Source of the DNA: Alphaproteobacteria bacterium
GTDB taxonomy: Bacteria > Pseudomonadota > Alphaproteobacteria > Bin95
Assembly: GCA_964291285.2 (NCBI GenBank)
Contig: OZ219787.1
Coordinates: forward strand, 2,016,001 to 2,080,000
Length of the DNA: 64,000 nucleotides
Direction: 5' to 3'
Below are positions 48,375 through 58,350 of this stretch, one piece after another (within the stretch, counting starts at the first letter, position 1; every line of letters starts with the position of its first letter). Made by a program: the position numbers and the translations under genes. The notes under the pieces are model-generated. The model searched no databases and was not told the origin of the DNA. It saw nothing but the letters and a program-made list of their open reading frames with translations.

Positions 48375-49009
48375 GAGGATTCTCCCAATGCAGCCAGCAT
48401 TTCCGCCGCACGCCGGCGCACGCCGGCAGGGGCCTCCGGGTCATCGGCCAGAGCCTTGAAACCCGCGACCGCCGCCGTCGTTTCGCCGAGCGCGACCCGT
48501 GCCGCCGCTATCGTTTCGGCCGCGGAATGGCGCAGCGCCCCCGAGAGCCCTTCCACCGCCGCGATGGCCGCTTCCGGCCGGCCGGCATCCAGTTCGATCA
48601 TGCCACGGAACAGCCGCGCCAGATCGCGATAGACCGGAGCTGCGTCCTCATCGCCCGCCAGCGCCTCGTAGCGGGCGAGCGCGGACTCGGTGTTGCCCTG
48701 CCGGGCGAGTTCCGCTGCTTCGCCGAACCGCGCCAGGAGGCCGGCCCCACCGCCCTCCGCGGCGAGCGCGGCGAAGGCCGCTATGGCATCCCCCGGCTTG
48801 TCCTCTCCGGCCAGCGAAGCCGCCTGTTCCAGCTGTTGGCTCGCCTCGGCGGCCGCCTCCGCCTCCATATGCTTCCAGAGCTGGAACCCGCCGACCGCCA
48901 GCACGGCCAGCACGGCTGCCCCGACCACGAAGACACCGTATTTCCGCCAAAGCTCCTTGGCGCGCTCGGTGCGGACTTCCTCGTCCACCTCGCGAAAGAT
49001 ATCGGCCAC
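48371..49009 (-). CDS. Membrane-anchored TPR protein (YfgM-like)
   Basis: VADIFREVDEEVR..LWRKYG plus a TM segment. Confidence 0.88.
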   Translation of the reverse strand: MADIFREVDEEVRTERAKELWRKYGVFVVGAAVLAVLAVGGFQLWKHMEAEAAAEASQQLEQAASLAGEDKPGDAIAAFAALAAEGGGAGLLARFGEAAELARQGNTESALARYEALAGDEDAAPVYRDLARLFRGMIELDAGRPEAAIAAVEGLSGALRHSAAETIAAARVALGETTAAVAGFKALADDPEAPAGVRRRAAEMLAALGESS

Positions 49010-49166
49010 TTTGCCTCTCCTGGACGGCCGCCGCGTTATAGCTTCCGCCGGCCCCTGTGCGCAAACACCGTCGGTTGTCACGGGTTCGACATATTTCGTC
49101 TGGACGGGGCGCGGAGTTTCGGGGCAGCATAGCTGTCGCCGTCCAGCGAGGAGGACAGAGGAGGCC

Positions 49167-49502
49167 ATGGGAGAGGTCGTCGCGCTCGAAAACCAATACC
49201 GTCCGGCGAAGCCGGTCTTTTTCGACAAGAGAGAGCTTCGCCACCTGATGAACGTTTATAGCCGGCGCGTGTCGGCAGGGGACTGGCGGGATTACGCGAT
49301 AGACTTCCAACGAGGCGAGGCCGTGTTTTCGATTTTCCGGCACAGCTCCGAAGCGCCCCTCTACAGGGTTGCCAAGACCGGGCACAAGGGCCGGTCCGCG
49401 GCGGAATACTCGGTGAGCGAAGGTCCCCGGCTGCTGAAACGCGGGCAGAACATCCGCGACGTGCTCTCCGTGATCGAACGACGACTCGAACTGGTCACCT
49501 GA
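49167..49502 (+). CDS. DUF2794 family protein
   Basis: RBS GAGGAGG. VFFDKREL..LMNVYSRRVSAGDWRDYAIDF..AVFSIFRHSSEAPLY. Confidence 0.85.
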   Translation: MGEVVALENQYRPAKPVFFDKRELRHLMNVYSRRVSAGDWRDYAIDFQRGEAVFSIFRHSSEAPLYRVAKTGHKGRSAAEYSVSEGPRLLKRGQNIRDVLSVIERRLELVT

Positions 49503-49563
49503 CGGCGCGGTTCCCGGCCCCGTCTCAACCCGGCTAGGCCTCGCCCGCGCCCGTTCTGCGCGG

Positions 49564-49594
49564 CCCTCACCCAACCCTCTCCCCGGGGAGAGGG
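49564..49594 (+). repeat. REP-like element
   Basis: ccctcacccaaccctctccccggggagaggg, containing the hairpin ccctctccc/gggagaggg. Confidence 0.65.
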
Positions 49595-49706
49595 CTTTCT
49601 TTCGATGCAACCGTCCCGCATCCCCATGACTCTCTCCTCGCGCTCGGGGAAGGTCAGCCTTTCCGCGCAGTGCGGCCCTGCCGGGCGCGGATACTCCCTG
49701 GCGCCG

Positions 49707-49733
49707 TGTCATGGAATGTCATGTTTTGTCATG
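49707..49733. repeat. TGTCATG heptamer array C (10-bp spacing)
   Basis: tgtcatg-gaa-tgtcatg-ttt-tgtcatg, nearly identical to 1818-1844. Confidence 0.9.
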
Positions 49734-49954
49734 GTCGGGGGTGAAATCGCCGTCTCCGGGCGCATCGAAGGGGCCGGCCCTCTGGAACCAGTCGAGGCTG
49801 TCCTGCCGGCGCTGTTCGATGTTCTCCGGCGACCAGGGGGCGTGGAGTTCGGCGTCGTTGTTGCGGCGTCTGCGGCGTTGCCCGACGCGGTGCAGTGGCG
49901 GCAGAAGGCTTCCTGGCGGGTGGAGAGGGCGACGGTCGGGTCGATGATAGGCAT
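49709..49954 (-). pseudogene. Terminase small subunit-like gene with apparent internal deletion and frameshift
   Basis: RBS GAAGGAG. LSTRQEAFCRHCTASGNAADAA matches the TerS N-terminal HTH pattern. The rest reads with host-like codons only in another frame (NDAELHAPWSPENIEQRRQDSLDWFQRAG...HDKT*). Confidence 0.6.
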
Positions 49955-50018
49955 GGCGGCTCCTTCATTCCGCTTCGGTTCGACAACCATGCCGTCCCGG
50001 CAGGGAGCGACCCTTATC

Positions 50019-50214
50019 CGCGCGTATCCCGCGCGGGCGCCTGCGCCGGCGCGGGCGCGCCATTGCGCCGGCGCGGTTCGCGCGCCTGATTGCGCGTGCG
50101 CGAGGCGGGCGCAGGACGCACCTCGCCTGTCGGCTGAATCGGGGTCGTTCCGCACCGGGCCGGCGCGGGCGGGAAGCGGCTCCGGATGCCGCTTACCTCG
50201 AACCCATCATATCA
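50019..50214 (-). other. Conserved structured leader, copy 2, with extended -10 promoter
   Basis: Loop CTGATTGC at 50086-50093 in a GC stem. Motif gcaggacgcacctcgcctgtcggct. Hairpin at 50174-50194. TG-A-TATGAT on the minus strand at 50206-50214. Confidence 0.7.
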
Positions 50215-50376
50215 CGGATTTTCCTGCTTTAGACCAAAAATAGAGAAACATTACCTAAATTTAATGAACACATGGTCACATCCCTTCGTTGCCCCCGCAA
50301 AACGGGGCCGTCCCCGGTTCCCGATGCCGCCGCAGGCCGGTGGAGAGCAGGCCGAACCGCCCGGTCCGATATCGCG

Positions 50377-51510
50377 CTACCGGCGGCCCCGGGCGTCCAC
50401 CGGCCAGATCGCTTCCAGCACCTCGCCGCGCATGGCGTGATAGACGTCGTAGAGATTGACCGTCGGGTCGCAATGCGGCGGGTGCAGCTCGACGATGTCC
50501 CCGACCTTGAGCCGCGCGGGGTTGTCTTCGGCATAGTGGACGCGGCCGTGCTCGTCGCCGGCGAAGCTGAAGGTCGCGCCCTCCGGGGCCCCGCGCGCGA
50601 AGAGCGGCATCGGCCCGTCCGTCGCGAGCGCCTTGAGGCCCGCATCGATGATGGCGAACTCGTCTCCCGCCGCGCTCACCACGGTCGCCATCACGAACAT
50701 GGCGGGTGCGAACGGGCCGGAACCGTCCTCCGTCAGCGCCACCCTGCCGTAATCCACGTCCATCACCGCAAAGCTGCCGGCCTGGAGCTCGCCCAGCACG
50801 CCGTGGCGGTAGTCGAGGTCGTGGGTCCCGGTGCCGCCGCCGGTGACCAGCGGCGGGGCGAGGCCTGCGTCCGCCAGCACCGAGGAGACATGGGCGAGCC
50901 GTTCGGACACGGCCGCCACCGCCTCGGCGCGCTCGGCATAGTCGTACACATGCTGGAGATGGCCGGCGTAACCCTGGATACCGGCGAAGACGAGGCCCGG
51001 CGCCTCGTCGATCTGACGCGCCAGCGCCACCGCCGCCTGCGCCGAAAGCACGCCGGTACGCCGCGTGCCGACATCGATATCGACCAGCAGCGAGAGCGGC
51101 TTGCCGGTCGCCGCTTCCGCCAGGGCCGCGACCGCGCCCGGGTCGTCGGCCACCGCCATCAGCCCTTCGGCGGCTTCGTTGAGCGCAACCAGCCGGGCGG
51201 TGCGGCCGGGGCCGACCACCGGCGAGGTAACGAGCACGCCCGGAATGCCCGCGCCCGCCAGCACCTCCGCCTCGCCAAGCGTCGCGCAGCACTGGCCGAC
51301 CGCGCCCGCCGCGATCTGCCGCCGCGCGACCTCGATGCTCTTGTGGGTCTTGGCGTGCGGGCGCAGCGCCTGCCCGGTCCGCCGGCAGTGCGCGGCCATG
51401 CGCGCGATATTGCGGTCGAGCGTGTCGAGGTCGAGCAGGAGAGCCGGCGTGTTGAGCCTGGCGCGCCCCCCGGCCTCGCCGATCAGATGCACATTGGACC
51501 CGGGTTCCAT
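50377..51510 (-). CDS. DSD1/D-threonine aldolase family PLP enzyme
   Basis: TPALLLD, LRPHAKTHKS, GGGTGT, ELQAGS, DAGLKA, GDEHG, HCDPTVNL. Confidence 0.92.
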   Translation of the reverse strand: MEPGSNVHLIGEAGGRARLNTPALLLDLDTLDRNIARMAAHCRRTGQALRPHAKTHKSIEVARRQIAAGAVGQCCATLGEAEVLAGAGIPGVLVTSPVVGPGRTARLVALNEAAEGLMAVADDPGAVAALAEAATGKPLSLLVDIDVGTRRTGVLSAQAAVALARQIDEAPGLVFAGIQGYAGHLQHVYDYAERAEAVAAVSERLAHVSSVLADAGLAPPLVTGGGTGTHDLDYRHGVLGELQAGSFAVMDVDYGRVALTEDGSGPFAPAMFVMATVVSAAGDEFAIIDAGLKALATDGPMPLFARGAPEGATFSFAGDEHGRVHYAEDNPARLKVGDIVELHPPHCDPTVNLYDVYHAMRGEVLEAIWPVDARGRR

Positions 51511-51619
51511 GGCCGTCCCTCCCTTCCGCAGCGGCGGCGTCTGAAGCTGTTACAGTTCGTGCTCGGAAGACCGCCCATTCAATGCGGTCTGAATGTGTTC
51601 GCGTACATCCCTGCCTGTT

Positions 51620-52404
51620 CTAGGTCCTGTGGACGGATTTGATCAAGATGAAGGCAGCGGCGAGTGCGACGAAGGAGCTGAAGTTTGTGGCGGTCTTTTC
51701 GCAGCGCAGGGCGATGCGTTTGAAGCGTTTGAGCTTGCCGACGGCCTGTTCGATGCGCGCCCGTCCTCTGTAGAGCGCGCTTGCGAAGCGCTTTGGCCTG
51801 TTTTTGATGTTCTTCCGGTAGGGAATGACGGTCAGGGCGCCTCTTTTCCGGGCGAGTTGGCGGTTTCCGGCGCTGTCATAGCCCTTGTCGGCGACGATGG
51901 CGCGGGGCCGGACATCGGGGCCGATGTCCATCAGGGTCTCGAAATGCGGACTGTCGGCTGCCTCGCCGCCGGTCAGGTCGAAGGCGATCGGCAGGCCGTC
52001 GAAATCGGTCTTCAGGTGGATTTTGGTGCTGAAACCGCCCCGCGAGCGTCCAAGCGCCTGACCCTGCTGCCCCCTTTTGCGCCGGCCGCCGATACATGCG
52101 CGCGGGTCACGGTCGAATCGAACATCTGAACCAGGTGCGCCGTGCTGCTCAAATCCGCCAGCGTGGCGAAAAAGTCCTCGAACACCCCTGAACGGCTCAG
52201 ACGGTGAAAACGCCGCCATACCGTATTCCAGTGCCCGAACCGCTCCGGCAGCGCCCGCCAGGTGATGTTGTGAACCGCAAAGAAGTGCAGCGCCTCCAGA
52301 AACAGACGGTCGTCCTTCGCCTTCGCACCCCGCCTCGGAAGGCAAAGCCGGAAAACCTCCAGCGCAACCTCCCAGTCTCCATTCGTCATCTTCGTCGACA
52401 TCAA
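51620..52404 (-). CDS. IS5 family transposase, two ORFs joined by a -1 frameshift
   Basis: ORF A: WRALPERFGHWNTVWRRF..DSTVTRAH. Slippery AAAAGGGGG near 52070-52078. ORF B: GRSRGGFSTKIH, ADKGYDS, YRGRARIE. Confidence 0.88.
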
Positions 52405-52497
52405 CGAAACCCCCGAATCGCCGACGCCTCATGATTCAGACAAATCCTCGCACGGGAATCCCTGAACACGCTCCTGAGTCAATACGTCCACAGGGCC
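51623..52497 (-). mobile_element. IS5 family (IS427 group) insertion sequence, apparently complete
   Basis: TIRs ggtcctgtggacggatt / aatacgtccacagggcc, with a TA duplication on both sides. Confidence 0.9.
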
Positions 52498-52942
52498 TAA
52501 TCATGACGTTTCGCTCCCCATTGGCACTTCGGCTATTGTGCGGATAGCCGAACGGTCTTGTCACTGCCTGGTTTCTTCTCGTGAGTGAAGGCTGGACGTG
52601 TAAGGGGGCTCGCGGGGCCCGTCAGGGGCCTCTTGGGCCACCAGGGCGCTGTGGCGCCCGTTCAGGCTCCCGGCTTGCCCGGGGGCCGTCTGTGCGTTGC
52701 GTGCATCAATAAGGCCGGAATCCGGGGCCGCGGCGAGCTCCACGAGGCGCGACCGGATCCCGGCCGGCGGCGACCGGTGGCTCGGCTGTGCGTTTGGCGC
52801 ACAATGCGAGCTCGGCCGGCGACGTCACTTGTGCGGCCGGCCGCATAGAAACGCCCGGCGCTCCATTGGAGGCCGGGCGGTTCGGCTTCGGCGCGCCTGG
52901 TTGGCGCGGCGGTCAATCCATCGGCTGCGCGTTCAGGCGGTG

Positions 52943-53326
52943 TCAGTCGATTTCACACTCGGCGCAAAGCGACGGCGCGGCCTCGTCGAGGCCGGCGCTG
53001 TCGTCGAGCGGGGCGAGACACCGCTTGCATCGCGGGGTCTCGTCCCAGGCGTCGAGGAAGTGGCGGGCGCGGCGCTGCTTCCAGTCGCTTGTGACGGCGT
53101 AGAACTCTATGCCGCACCAGAGGCAGTAGAAGCTGCGGGCGATGTCGGCGTTTCTGCCGCTGTCGTCACATTGAAGGCATGTATTATACCTGCGAGGCTT
53201 GTACGGATAGAGCCGACATTTCAGGGCTCCCTTACGGTTCCAGGTTCCTTCGATATCTCTTATCCGATTGTGTCCCGGTTCCGTTCTGGAGCCCCTATCT
53301 GTCGGCCCGTGCCCATTGCCGAGCAT
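52943..53326 (-). CDS. Hypothetical Cys-rich Zn-ribbon protein (four CxxC)
   Basis: CLQC, CLWC, CKRC, CAEC. Start uncertain. Confidence 0.5.
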   Translation of the reverse strand: MLGNGHGPTDRGSRTEPGHNRIRDIEGTWNRKGALKCRLYPYKPRRYNTCLQCDDSGRNADIARSFYCLWCGIEFYAVTSDWKQRRARHFLDAWDETPRCKRCLAPLDDSAGLDEAAPSLCAECEID

Positions 53327-53560
53327 GCGAGCGGAGCGAGCCTAAGCCTCCGCGCAGCGGAGCCGTAACGCCCGCTTGCGGGCTCTTGCCGCGTAGCGGC
53401 TCGATCTATGCGTCCGGGCATCAGGGAGCGAAACGACCATCTGCCCGGCGCTGGGCCTGGGAGCCAGCGTATAGGGCGAAGCCCGAGTAGCTGGCGGCTA
53501 CCAGGCGCTCCGGCGCTTGCGCCGGGTAAAGGCCTTCGGGGCCGCGCAGCGGACCCGGCC
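53327..53560. other. Dense cluster of GNA-triloop, CTTG and TTCG mini-hairpins
   Basis: ctccgc-gca-gcggag, gcccg-cttg-cgggc, gccgc-gta-gcggc, gggc-gaa-gccc, ccggcg-cttg-cgccgg, ccgc-gca-gcgg. Confidence 0.7.
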
Positions 53561-53564
53561 GCAT

Positions 53565-53921
53565 TGCATGGTATCGAAGGCAGCGTCCACCACGGGCGCG
53601 TCCGGCTCGATGAAATGCCTGCAGGCCGGCGCGTCCCCGAACGCCGCGCGGCCGACCTCGCCCAGCGGCAGTTCCGCCGAGCCCTCGTGGCAGACCAGCG
53701 CCTTCGCCCCGCTGTCGTTCAGCAGATAGGCCATCTCGTCGCGTTTGAGCAGGATGGAGACCGGCAGCACCGTCGCCCCGGCCTTCAGCACGCCGAAATA
53801 GAAGGCCGGGAAGGCAGGCACGTTGGGGCAGGCGAGCGCCACGATGTCGCCCGGCCCGATGCCCCGCCCCGCAAGGTTCGTCGCGGGCGCTGGTCTCCAG
53901 AATCGTGGCGAGCGAAAGCAT
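53565..53921 (-). pseudogene. Long-chain acyl-CoA synthetase N-terminal fragment
   Basis: MLSLATILETSAR is followed out of frame by GIGPGDIVALACPNVPAFPAFYFGVLKAGA..LLKRDEMAYLLNDSGA. It breaks off at FDTMQ, before the YTSGTTG motif. Confidence 0.8.
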
Positions 53922-54038
53922 GAAAGCGGGTCTCCGGTTCGGCCGCCATCCGGGGGCGGCAACTCCCTGCGCTCCAGCCTAAGGCCCCCGGTCCCCGCCG
54001 CCAAGGCGGGACACCCGCTTCCCGTTCCCCGCCCGCCT

Positions 54039-54135
54039 CTATCCGGCGGCATGCATCGTGTAGCTGAAGCCGATGGGCGAAACGCAAATGCGGTCGGTGT
54101 AGACGACCGGTCGGTCGCCCTCCGAGAAATGTTTT
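54039..54135 (-). pseudogene. 3' fragment of the gntR/UTRA gene interrupted by IS1595
   Basis: Removing the IS and one TSD gives in-frame ..LMLSQKH-FSEGDRPVVYTDRICVSPIGFSYTMHAAG*. Confidence 0.8.
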
Positions 54136-54202
54136 CCTGCTTATTCTTGAGAGTCATCTTGTGAGATTGTAGGTTTGGAAGGGTTTCTGTTATCGGGAGG
54201 TC

Positions 54203-55144
54203 ATGGATATGGCATTCAAGGTTGCATCGCGTGTTCGTGGCTTGAGCGACGATGCGTTCCGAGCGTCGTTCGGCACGGAGGATCAGTGCCGGGCGGTGCT
54301 AGCCCGATTGCGCTGGCCGAACGGTTTCGAGTGCGGCTCCTGCGGGCATCGGGGGCACTGCATTCTTGCCGGGCGCAGGCTTTACCAGTGCAACCGCTGC
54401 AAGAAGCAGGTTTCGGTGACGTCGGGGACGATCTTCCACTCGACCAAGCTGCCCCTGACGTTGTGGTTTGCGGCGATCCACCTTGTGGTGACGGCGAAGA
54501 ACGGCATTTCGTCGGTGGAACTCGGTCGCCGCCTCGGGGTCAGGCAGCCGACCGCCTGGAGCATGAAGCAGAAGATCATGGCGGTGATGGCCCGGCGCGA
54601 AGCCGACACGCGGCTCGAAGGACGGGTCGAGATGGACGACGCCTATCTCGGCGGGTCGCGCTCCGGCGGCAAGCGCGGCCGGGGCGCGCCGGGCAAGACG
54701 CCCTTCGTGGCGGCGGTCTCGACCAGCGCCGAAGGGGCTCCGCGCAAGGTCAAGCTCGTCCCGGTCAGGGGCTTCCGCAAGCGCGAGATCGCGCGCGGCG
54801 CCAAACGCTGGCTGGCCCCGGGGACGGAGGTCGTCACCGATGCCCTGCACTGCTGGAACGCCCTCGACGGCATCGCCGCAAGCCACAGCGCCATCCGTAC
54901 CGGCTCAGGCCGCCGGGCAGCCCGCATGGCCCCCTTCAAATGGGTCAACACGACCCTCGGCAACATCAAGAGCGCCATCGCCGGAACCTACCGAAAGCTC
55001 GGTCCCGACCATGCCGAACGCTACCTCGCCAGCTTCGCATGGCGATACAACCGACGATACCAACTCAACTCCATGATCCCACGCTTCCTTCACAGCGCCG
55101 TCAGAACACAACCCATCCCATATCAACTACTCATTGCACCCTGA
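54203..55144 (+). CDS. IS1595 family transposase
   Basis: RWPNGFECGSC..YQCNRC Zn ribbon, GTIFHSTKLPL, VEMDDAYLGG, VVTD, YLASFAWRYNRR. Confidence 0.93.
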   Translation: MDMAFKVASRVRGLSDDAFRASFGTEDQCRAVLARLRWPNGFECGSCGHRGHCILAGRRLYQCNRCKKQVSVTSGTIFHSTKLPLTLWFAAIHLVVTAKNGISSVELGRRLGVRQPTAWSMKQKIMAVMARREADTRLEGRVEMDDAYLGGSRSGGKRGRGAPGKTPFVAAVSTSAEGAPRKVKLVPVRGFRKREIARGAKRWLAPGTEVVTDALHCWNALDGIAASHSAIRTGSGRRAARMAPFKWVNTTLGNIKSAIAGTYRKLGPDHAERYLASFAWRYNRRYQLNSMIPRFLHSAVRTQPIPYQLLIAP

Positions 55145-57061
55145 TCGGCGAGCTGATTTTTTTTGCGGCTGGGTTTTGGCTTTCCTGGAACCGTTGTTGA
55201 GTGTTGCCGCGTTGTTCAGGCGGGCGTCGTCGGGTTTGGTATGGATTGGGAGCGGTCTGGCCGCAGTTTTTGCGACGATCCGGTCTTGATCGGGACTGCC
55301 CGGGCGCGCGTTTTCCTCCGGCGTCGTGCCGGTCGGGTTTTTCGGTGGGACTCCTGGGCGCGGGGATCAGCCGGGCGCGGGCGGCGGCATGGCGAGGTTC
55401 ATCCTGCGGCACGCTGCCATCAGATGGGGGCCGGCGTTGCCGAACACGAGTGTGATCCGGCGGCCATGGTGGACGACCCGGGCGACGAGGTGGATCCACA
55501 TCGCGCGCAGACGCTTCATCCGCGTCCATTGCCACTCCTGCCCGCAGGCGGCGCGTCGCAGCAGCGCCAGCACGTTCATCGCCAGCGCCGCGAGCCACAG
55601 CCAGGCGGCATTCGCGCCGAACCGCCCCGACGGCATCATCCCGCCCGCCAGGTCGGACTTGAGCACCGCATGCACCTCCTCGCCGTGGCCGCAACGGGCA
55701 TGAGCCGCGGCGACCACCTCGAAGCTGTCCATCACCTCCAGCCCGTTCGCCTTCTCCGCCCGGATGGCGTCGGGGGCGGGGAAGTTGGTGACATAGGCTT
55801 TGATCCTGTATGCGGGCTTGCCCCGGGCCGCCGGCAGGTCTCCTTCGTCCAGGCCCAGCTCGCCCGGAAGGGCGCGCCGGGTCACGACATGGCGGACCAC
55901 GTGATGCGGCTTCATCGCCAGGGTGCTTGCCGGGACATAAGGCAGTTCGGCGCATTCCAGCGGCGCCCTGTCCGGCGCCGCGCGCCTGTTGCGTGCGTTC
56001 ACCGGCATCGGGCGCCAGGCGTCTTCCCCGAGCCGCGCCACCTCCGCCATCAGCGGCTCCGAGCGCACCGCGCCGCAGACCAACCCCACCGTGCCGAACC
56101 GACGCGTCTCCTCCCTGCGGAACGCCGGGTCGTTGCAGGCGCGGATCACCTCCTCCTGACAAGCGGCCGCGTCGCTGCGCAGCACTACACGACCCACCTC
56201 GTCAGGAAGCTGCAACAGCGCCTCTTCAAGCCCGCGCCGGTTGTCCAGCTTCGCCGGCACATTGCCATCGCGCATCTCAAGCCACGGGACCATGCCGAGC
56301 TCCGGGCAGAACGCGATCAGCGGCTGATAACCCCGCTCCCCCGGAACCGAACCCGACGCCGCACGGTATGTCGACAGACAGGCCCGCTTGCCCGAAGCGA
56401 TGATTGTCGCGTCGAGGTCGATCGTCACCGCGCCCGCGCCCGACTCCCGCACCCCTGCCGCAACAAGGCGACGGGTAACCTCGCGAAGCAGGCCGTCCCT
56501 CTCGCCCGGCGCCGGGATCAACGCCGTCCCCTTCTTGCGCTCGGCGTCATGAACCCCCGCAACATGAAAACGGTCCAGCCAGTCACGGATCGAGCGCGCC
56601 GACGGAAAGCAACGCTCGCGACCGCCCCGGAACCGACGCGCAAGAGAACCGCGAGAGACCCCGAACAGCTTCGGCTCGAACCGGCGCACCAGAGCGCAAA
56701 GCCCGCGGTCCGCCTCCAGAACCTCAATGTCCGACACACGGTCAAGCCCCGCTATGTTCAGAACCAGAACCGCAAGGATCATCTGGCCGTCGCTCCAGCC
56801 CTGTGACGGACTCCCGGACAGACTCGGAAGACCCGCAAGAACCCGCCTCGCCGCCAGCAACTCGAACACCAGAACCACACCGCCACGCGCCGTCGAGGCC
56901 GCGCCGCCTCGCTCGACTGTAACCCTGACCGCAGAGCGATAACCCCTCACCATTCCTTCACCCGCTCGGTGAAAACCAAAATACGCCCACCAGGACGCTC
57001 AAATCATTGTAGGAAACGCATCGGACAACATGCCACCCATGCCGCAGCTCGCCGATCAGGG
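55139..57061 (-). mobile_element. IS1380 family element
   Basis: Perfect 17-bp TIRs CCCTGATCGGCGAGCTG. 5-bp TSD TTGCA at 55134-55138 and 57062-57066. Confidence 0.92.
55367..56953 (-). CDS. IS1380 family transposase
   Basis: TIDLDAT, GYQPL, RDGNVPA, LRSDAA, RCGHGEEVHAVLKSDLAGGMMPSGRFGANAAW. Confidence 0.88.
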   Translation of the reverse strand: MVRGYRSAVRVTVERGGAASTARGGVVLVFELLAARRVLAGLPSLSGSPSQGWSDGQMILAVLVLNIAGLDRVSDIEVLEADRGLCALVRRFEPKLFGVSRGSLARRFRGGRERCFPSARSIRDWLDRFHVAGVHDAERKKGTALIPAPGERDGLLREVTRRLVAAGVRESGAGAVTIDLDATIIASGKRACLSTYRAASGSVPGERGYQPLIAFCPELGMVPWLEMRDGNVPAKLDNRRGLEEALLQLPDEVGRVVLRSDAAACQEEVIRACNDPAFRREETRRFGTVGLVCGAVRSEPLMAEVARLGEDAWRPMPVNARNRRAAPDRAPLECAELPYVPASTLAMKPHHVVRHVVTRRALPGELGLDEGDLPAARGKPAYRIKAYVTNFPAPDAIRAEKANGLEVMDSFEVVAAAHARCGHGEEVHAVLKSDLAGGMMPSGRFGANAAWLWLAALAMNVLALLRRAACGQEWQWTRMKRLRAMWIHLVARVVHHGRRITLVFGNAGPHLMAACRRMNLAMPPPAPG

Positions 57062-57090
57062 TTGCAGGATGATCCTTGAGAATAAGCAGG

Positions 57091-57784
57091 AATGTTTTTG
57101 CGAGAGCATGAGCAGCGCCCGGTCGCCATCCGCGTTCAACAGCTTCGCCTCGCTGGAATCGGCGTTGGCAGGCTGAATTCTGGTTTCGATCCGACCGATC
57201 CTGAAGCCGAGATTTTCTTCGACCAGAAGCTCCTCGGTAGGCACGCGGTCCAGGGCCGACGTATCGAATTTGGGAAATACGTCCGGAGGAAAGAAACAAC
57301 TCTCCGCCTCCACTGCCTCTTCCCCGATAAACCGCAGCCTTTCCAGAACGAAAACCGGCTCGTCCGACTCTATGTTCAGCGCTCTCGATACATCGGACGG
57401 CGCCTTCTTGCGGCCGAATGCCATCAGCCGGTAAGTGACGTCGTCCTCCTCCGGCGCGGTCCCGTCGGCGAACACCGGCAGACTGTGCATATCGACGCTG
57501 AAATCCGGGGCCGTTGCCTGCCTGCCGTCGGAACGAAACGCCCCGGCGCTGGCGAAGGTGCCTCGGCCGGGAAACCGCTCGATCCAGCCCTCCCATGCCA
57601 GCCGGGACATGGCGAATTGCACCGTCGCCCGGCTGACGCCGAACATGACCGCAATATCGGCTTCTGTGGGAAGCTGTTCTCCGGTTCCGATCCGCCCCTG
57701 CTGAATCCGCTCGCAGAAATGATCGTAGATGCGGGAGTGAGCTGGCGCCGGCTTCTCCAACTTTCCGACCCCCTGGCGTTCCAA
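57091..57784 (-). pseudogene. GntR (HutC/UTRA) regulator, 5' part, interrupted by IS1595
   Basis: QLPTEADIAVMFGVSRATVQFAMSRLAWEGWIERFPGRGTF and UTRA-like LERLRFIGEE. Confidence 0.85.
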
Positions 57785-57850
57785 CCACTTTGTCCGGTAT
57801 CGGAATCTAGGCAAGTCGCACAAAATGACAATGATATTCTCCAATATAAC

Positions 57851-58181
57851 GTAAGCAGTGCCGACGGGACACCCGGCTCTCGGCTTGACGAGGGCCTGAA
57901 GGGAAGCAGCTCGTCGATGCGGCTGTTGGGATGGCCTGCTGCGATGGCTTCGAGAGTGGCCTTGAGCCAGGCATAGGGTTCGACACGGTTCAGCTTCGCG
58001 GTCTCGATGAGCAAGCCGATACGGCCCCAAGAGCGCGCGCCCACACCGTGGCCGGCGAACAGCGCGTTCTTGGCTGTGAGCTTCACCGGCCGGATTCGAT
58101 TTTCGACGAAGTTGCTGCCCATCTCAACGCGCCCGTCGTGCAGGAACACCAGCATCCTGTCCCACTGGTTAGCGATGTATT
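57851..58181 (-). mobile_element. IS66 remnant: TnpC C-terminus and terminal repeat
   Basis: YIANQWDRMLVFLHDGRVEMGSNFVENRIRP..KNALFAG..LIETAKLNRVEPYAWL..IDELLP. GTAAGC end at 57851. Confidence 0.85.
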
Positions 58182-58285
58182 GTGAAATCTCCCCCCGGCA
58201 GCAATAGACTACCCCCTACCGGAATCGACCCGCATGAGCACCATCAGCCGAGCGAACCCAGCATCGCCATGCCAGACTCTCCCCC

Positions 58286-58313
58286 TTGACAATATGCCGG
58301 AGCCCGATACCGT
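58286..58313 (+). promoter_or_regulatory. Putative sigma70 promoter
   Basis: TTGACA-N16-TACCGT upstream of 58351. Confidence 0.4.
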
Positions 58314-58350
58314 CCTTGCTCCGTACCTTCACCATCCGGAGCAAAAGAGA

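Larger units (their letters stand above)
54136..57090 (+). mobile_element. IS1595 family element carrying a nested IS1380
   Basis: TIRs cctgcttattct...(about 26 bp, imperfect). 8-bp TSD AATGTTTT at 54128-54135 and 57091-57098. Confidence 0.9.

Noticed and set aside
51511-51622. tRNA or att site at the island boundary
   Set aside because: No cloverleaf, integrase or direct repeat was visible.
53360-53402. gagccgtaacg...cggctc as group II intron domain V
   Set aside because: It lacks the GNRA-capped geometry and AC bulge, and is better explained by overlapping mini-hairpins.
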